DNA from: an uncultured virus (IMG/VR IMGVR_UViG_3300037234_000959)
Taxonomy: Duplodnaviria > Heunggongvirae > Uroviricota > Caudoviricetes
DNA: 25,846 bases
Reading direction: 5' to 3' (one strand)
IMG/VR virus record: IMGVR_UViG_3300037234_000959
Part shown: positions 24,095 through 25,846 of the stretch, one piece after another
How positions within the stretch are numbered: position 1 is the first letter of the stretch
Layout of the letters: the number at the start of each line of letters is the position of its first letter
Notes under the pieces: model-generated
Seen by the model: only the letters and a program-made list of their open reading frames with translations
Databases searched by the model: none
Told to the model about the DNA's origin: nothing
Position numbers and translations under genes: made by a program

Positions 24095-25030
24095 ATGAAC
24101 GAAAAAGCATATATGTTGAGAATTAGGCAACAATATCCCTTTTGGATGAAGCTTCATTATACCAAGTTAAGAATTAAACAGTGGTACGAATATTGGGATG
24201 GTATGGTTTATATAAGCTTCTCCGGCGGTAAGGATTCTGATGTTTTAGCAGACATAGTGTGGAGTTTGTATCCAGATGTCCCGGCAGTTTTTGTTAACAC
24301 TGGCTTAGAGTATCCAGAAATAAGATCATTCGTAAAAGAAACGGCTAAAAAAAGAAACGTAGTTACTGTGATCCCACTTAAAACATTTAAACAGGTTATA
24401 GATCAATACGGCTATCCAGTTATAAGTAAAAGTCAAGCTAGATGTATAAGAGATGTTAGAGATAGTACAGACAATATGAGGCGTTTAAGGCTAGAAGGAA
24501 TAACGAAAGCTGGTAAAAAAGCAAGTAGTGGGAGCGTCTTATCTAAAAAATGGAGATATCTAATCGATTCTGATTTTAAGATATCTGAACAGTGTTGTGA
24601 TGTTTTAAAAAAGGAACCTTTCAGGAGATATGCCAAGGAAACAGGTAGGGTTGCCTTTTCCGGCATGATGGTTGGTGAAGGTGGAGCGAGGGGGGTGTTG
24701 ACCTCATGTAATGCCTATGATAATAAAACTCCGATATCATCCCCGCTTTTATTTTGGGACACAAAAGATGTATGGGAGTATATAAAAACATATAATTTGC
24801 CATACTCAAAGATCTACGACATGGGAGAGGAGAGGACGGGCTGCATGTTTTGTGCATTTGGAGCGCACTTAGAGTCAAACCCTAATCGATTTCAACGTAT
24901 GGAAAAGAGCCACCCGAAACATCACAAAGTATGTATGGAAACTTTAGGCATGAAGCACGTTCTGGAAACAGTTGGGGTAGAGTGGTGCACCCGCCAAAAA
25001 GAAATGTCTTTTATGGATAAAGAACCTTAA
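24095..25030 (+). CDS. PAPS reductase family (PP-loop) protein with Fe-S-type Cys motifs
   Basis: YISFSGGKDS, FVNTGLEYPE, CCDVLKKEP, SPLLFW, RTGCMFC. Confidence 0.92.
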   Translation: MNEKAYMLRIRQQYPFWMKLHYTKLRIKQWYEYWDGMVYISFSGGKDSDVLADIVWSLYPDVPAVFVNTGLEYPEIRSFVKETAKKRNVVTVIPLKTFKQVIDQYGYPVISKSQARCIRDVRDSTDNMRRLRLEGITKAGKKASSGSVLSKKWRYLIDSDFKISEQCCDVLKKEPFRRYAKETGRVAFSGMMVGEGGARGVLTSCNAYDNKTPISSPLLFWDTKDVWEYIKTYNLPYSKIYDMGEERTGCMFCAFGAHLESNPNRFQRMEKSHPKHHKVCMETLGMKHVLETVGVEWCTRQKEMSFMDKEP

Positions 25031-25084
25031 TGCATCACTTTAACTCGACATCTTATTATACTTAAAGGGAAACAGGGTGTTTAT

Positions 25085-25417
25085 ATGGGAAACAATCAGG
25101 CATTTACGAGCTTTGAAGCTACAGTGATTTCAATGTATGACAAGGGCATATTAGACAAAGAAGTGCTTTCTTCCTGCATGGAACAATACAGGGGGATGGA
25201 TATTGATAGCGGTGGCAAAAGAGGACTTCTCAGCAATGATGGGTTTGAGGTTGAGCAGGTAGTAATCAAAACATTTGGTGTAGATCTACCTAATGAACCA
25301 GAGCTACCCAACGACTACAAGATATGGACAGACGATCAACTTGACCAAAACGAAGAATATCAAGATGAACTTTGGACTCTATTCCATGAAATAACGAATA
25401 GATTTGGATGGTGTTGA
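25085..25417 (+). CDS. Hypothetical acidic protein (110 aa)
   Basis: Intact ORF, co-directional with the arm. Confidence 0.7.
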   Translation: MGNNQAFTSFEATVISMYDKGILDKEVLSSCMEQYRGMDIDSGGKRGLLSNDGFEVEQVVIKTFGVDLPNEPELPNDYKIWTDDQLDQNEEYQDELWTLFHEITNRFGWC

Positions 25418-25432
25418 CGGGAGACGAAGTTT

Positions 25433-25846
25433 ATGCAAATTAGATTACTTATGGTCTCACAAAGTTTAAAACCGGACGAATCTATTGTTATACCCAAAAG
25501 GGATATGGCTGAAGCTGCCAGGGGGGAGTTAGAATCTCTTTTGTTAGATTATCTTCATCCTGGAGACATAGAGAAGTTTGCAGAAAAAATATCTAAAAAC
25601 TGGAAAATCACCATGACGAAGGATGTAATGACTGGCGACTATGTTATGCACAAACCTGCATTACAAAAAACTAGCAGGCGGTTGCATAAATTGGTGATCC
25701 GTGACTGGCAGGTAACCACAATTCTCTCAGACAATCTCTTCATTGAGACAGATTGCAATAGTGGTGATAAGCGGCGAATACGCAAGAGCTACTGCAAGTG
25801 CGGAAAGCCTGTACTGATTGAATACAACACCACGGGTTTTCGCAAA
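25433..25846 (+). CDS. Hypothetical protein, 3' end outside the window
   Basis: GGAG RBS, then ATG CAA ATT...; the frame stays open to the window end (MQIRLLMVSQSLKPDESIVIPKRDMAEAARGELE...). Confidence 0.7.
   Translation, partial: MQIRLLMVSQSLKPDESIVIPKRDMAEAARGELESLLLDYLHPGDIEKFAEKISKNWKITMTKDVMTGDYVMHKPALQKTSRRLHKLVIRDWQVTTILSDNLFIETDCNSGDKRRIRKSYCKCGKPVLIEYNTTGFRK

Larger units (their letters stand above)
1..25846. mobile_element. Segment of a tailed bacteriophage or prophage genome (early, replication, modification and packaging genes)
   Basis: Terminase pair, phage replication initiator plus DnaC-like loader, Gp37/Gp68, DUF968, RusA-like, Cro/YdaS-like HTH, orphan MTases and many short, tightly overlapping ORFs in two divergent arms. 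Element boundaries are not in the window. Confidence 0.95.

Noticed and set aside
24095..25030. cysH as a sulfate-assimilation auxiliary gene, or a full dnd/ssp phosphorothioation system
   Set aside because: No other cys, dnd or ssp genes are recognisable; only family-level membership is supported.
25408..25443. Short ORF MVLTGDEVYAN suggesting a nonsense-interrupted gene
   Set aside because: It is not in frame with the long downstream ORF, which starts cleanly at the ATG at 25433 with its own RBS.

Overview
This window is 25.8 kb of a tailed-phage or prophage genome, made of two gene-dense arms that diverge from an AT-rich control region at about 16.70-16.99 kb. The SSB and ACP look like host-derived proteobacterial genes, tentatively deltaproteobacterial (Desulfobacterota-like). 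The leftward arm (minus strand, 16.7 kb to 0) encodes an acyl carrier protein, DUF968, a C5 DNA methyltransferase, two N4/N6 methyltransferases, a phage metallopeptidase, a YkgJ-type Cys-cluster protein, GroES, a MazG-like protein, a truncated radical SAM gene, a PAPS-reductase-like protein, a repeat-rich candidate packaging site, small and large (GpA-like) terminase subunits, an AT-rich BCS1-like membrane AAA ATPase, small hypothetical genes and SSB. The rightward arm (plus strand) encodes a Cro/YdaS-like HTH protein, an ASCH/FtsK-gamma-like fusion, Gp37/Gp68 (DUF5131), an HNH nuclease, a DUF1376 replication initiator with iteron-like repeats, a DnaC-like loader, a fourth methyltransferase, a RusA-like resolvase and a second PAPS-reductase-family protein. 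No integrase, CI repressor, portal, capsid, tRNA or CRISPR array was seen. The most unusual points are: (1) the BCS1-like AAA moron directly after the terminase; (2) an ACP gene in the position normally held by the repressor, preceded by a uORF and a terminator; (3) terminase genes separated from head genes; (4) a large set of methyltransferase, PP-loop and Fe-S genes that may modify DNA. All family calls come from recognising motifs by eye; no database search was run.
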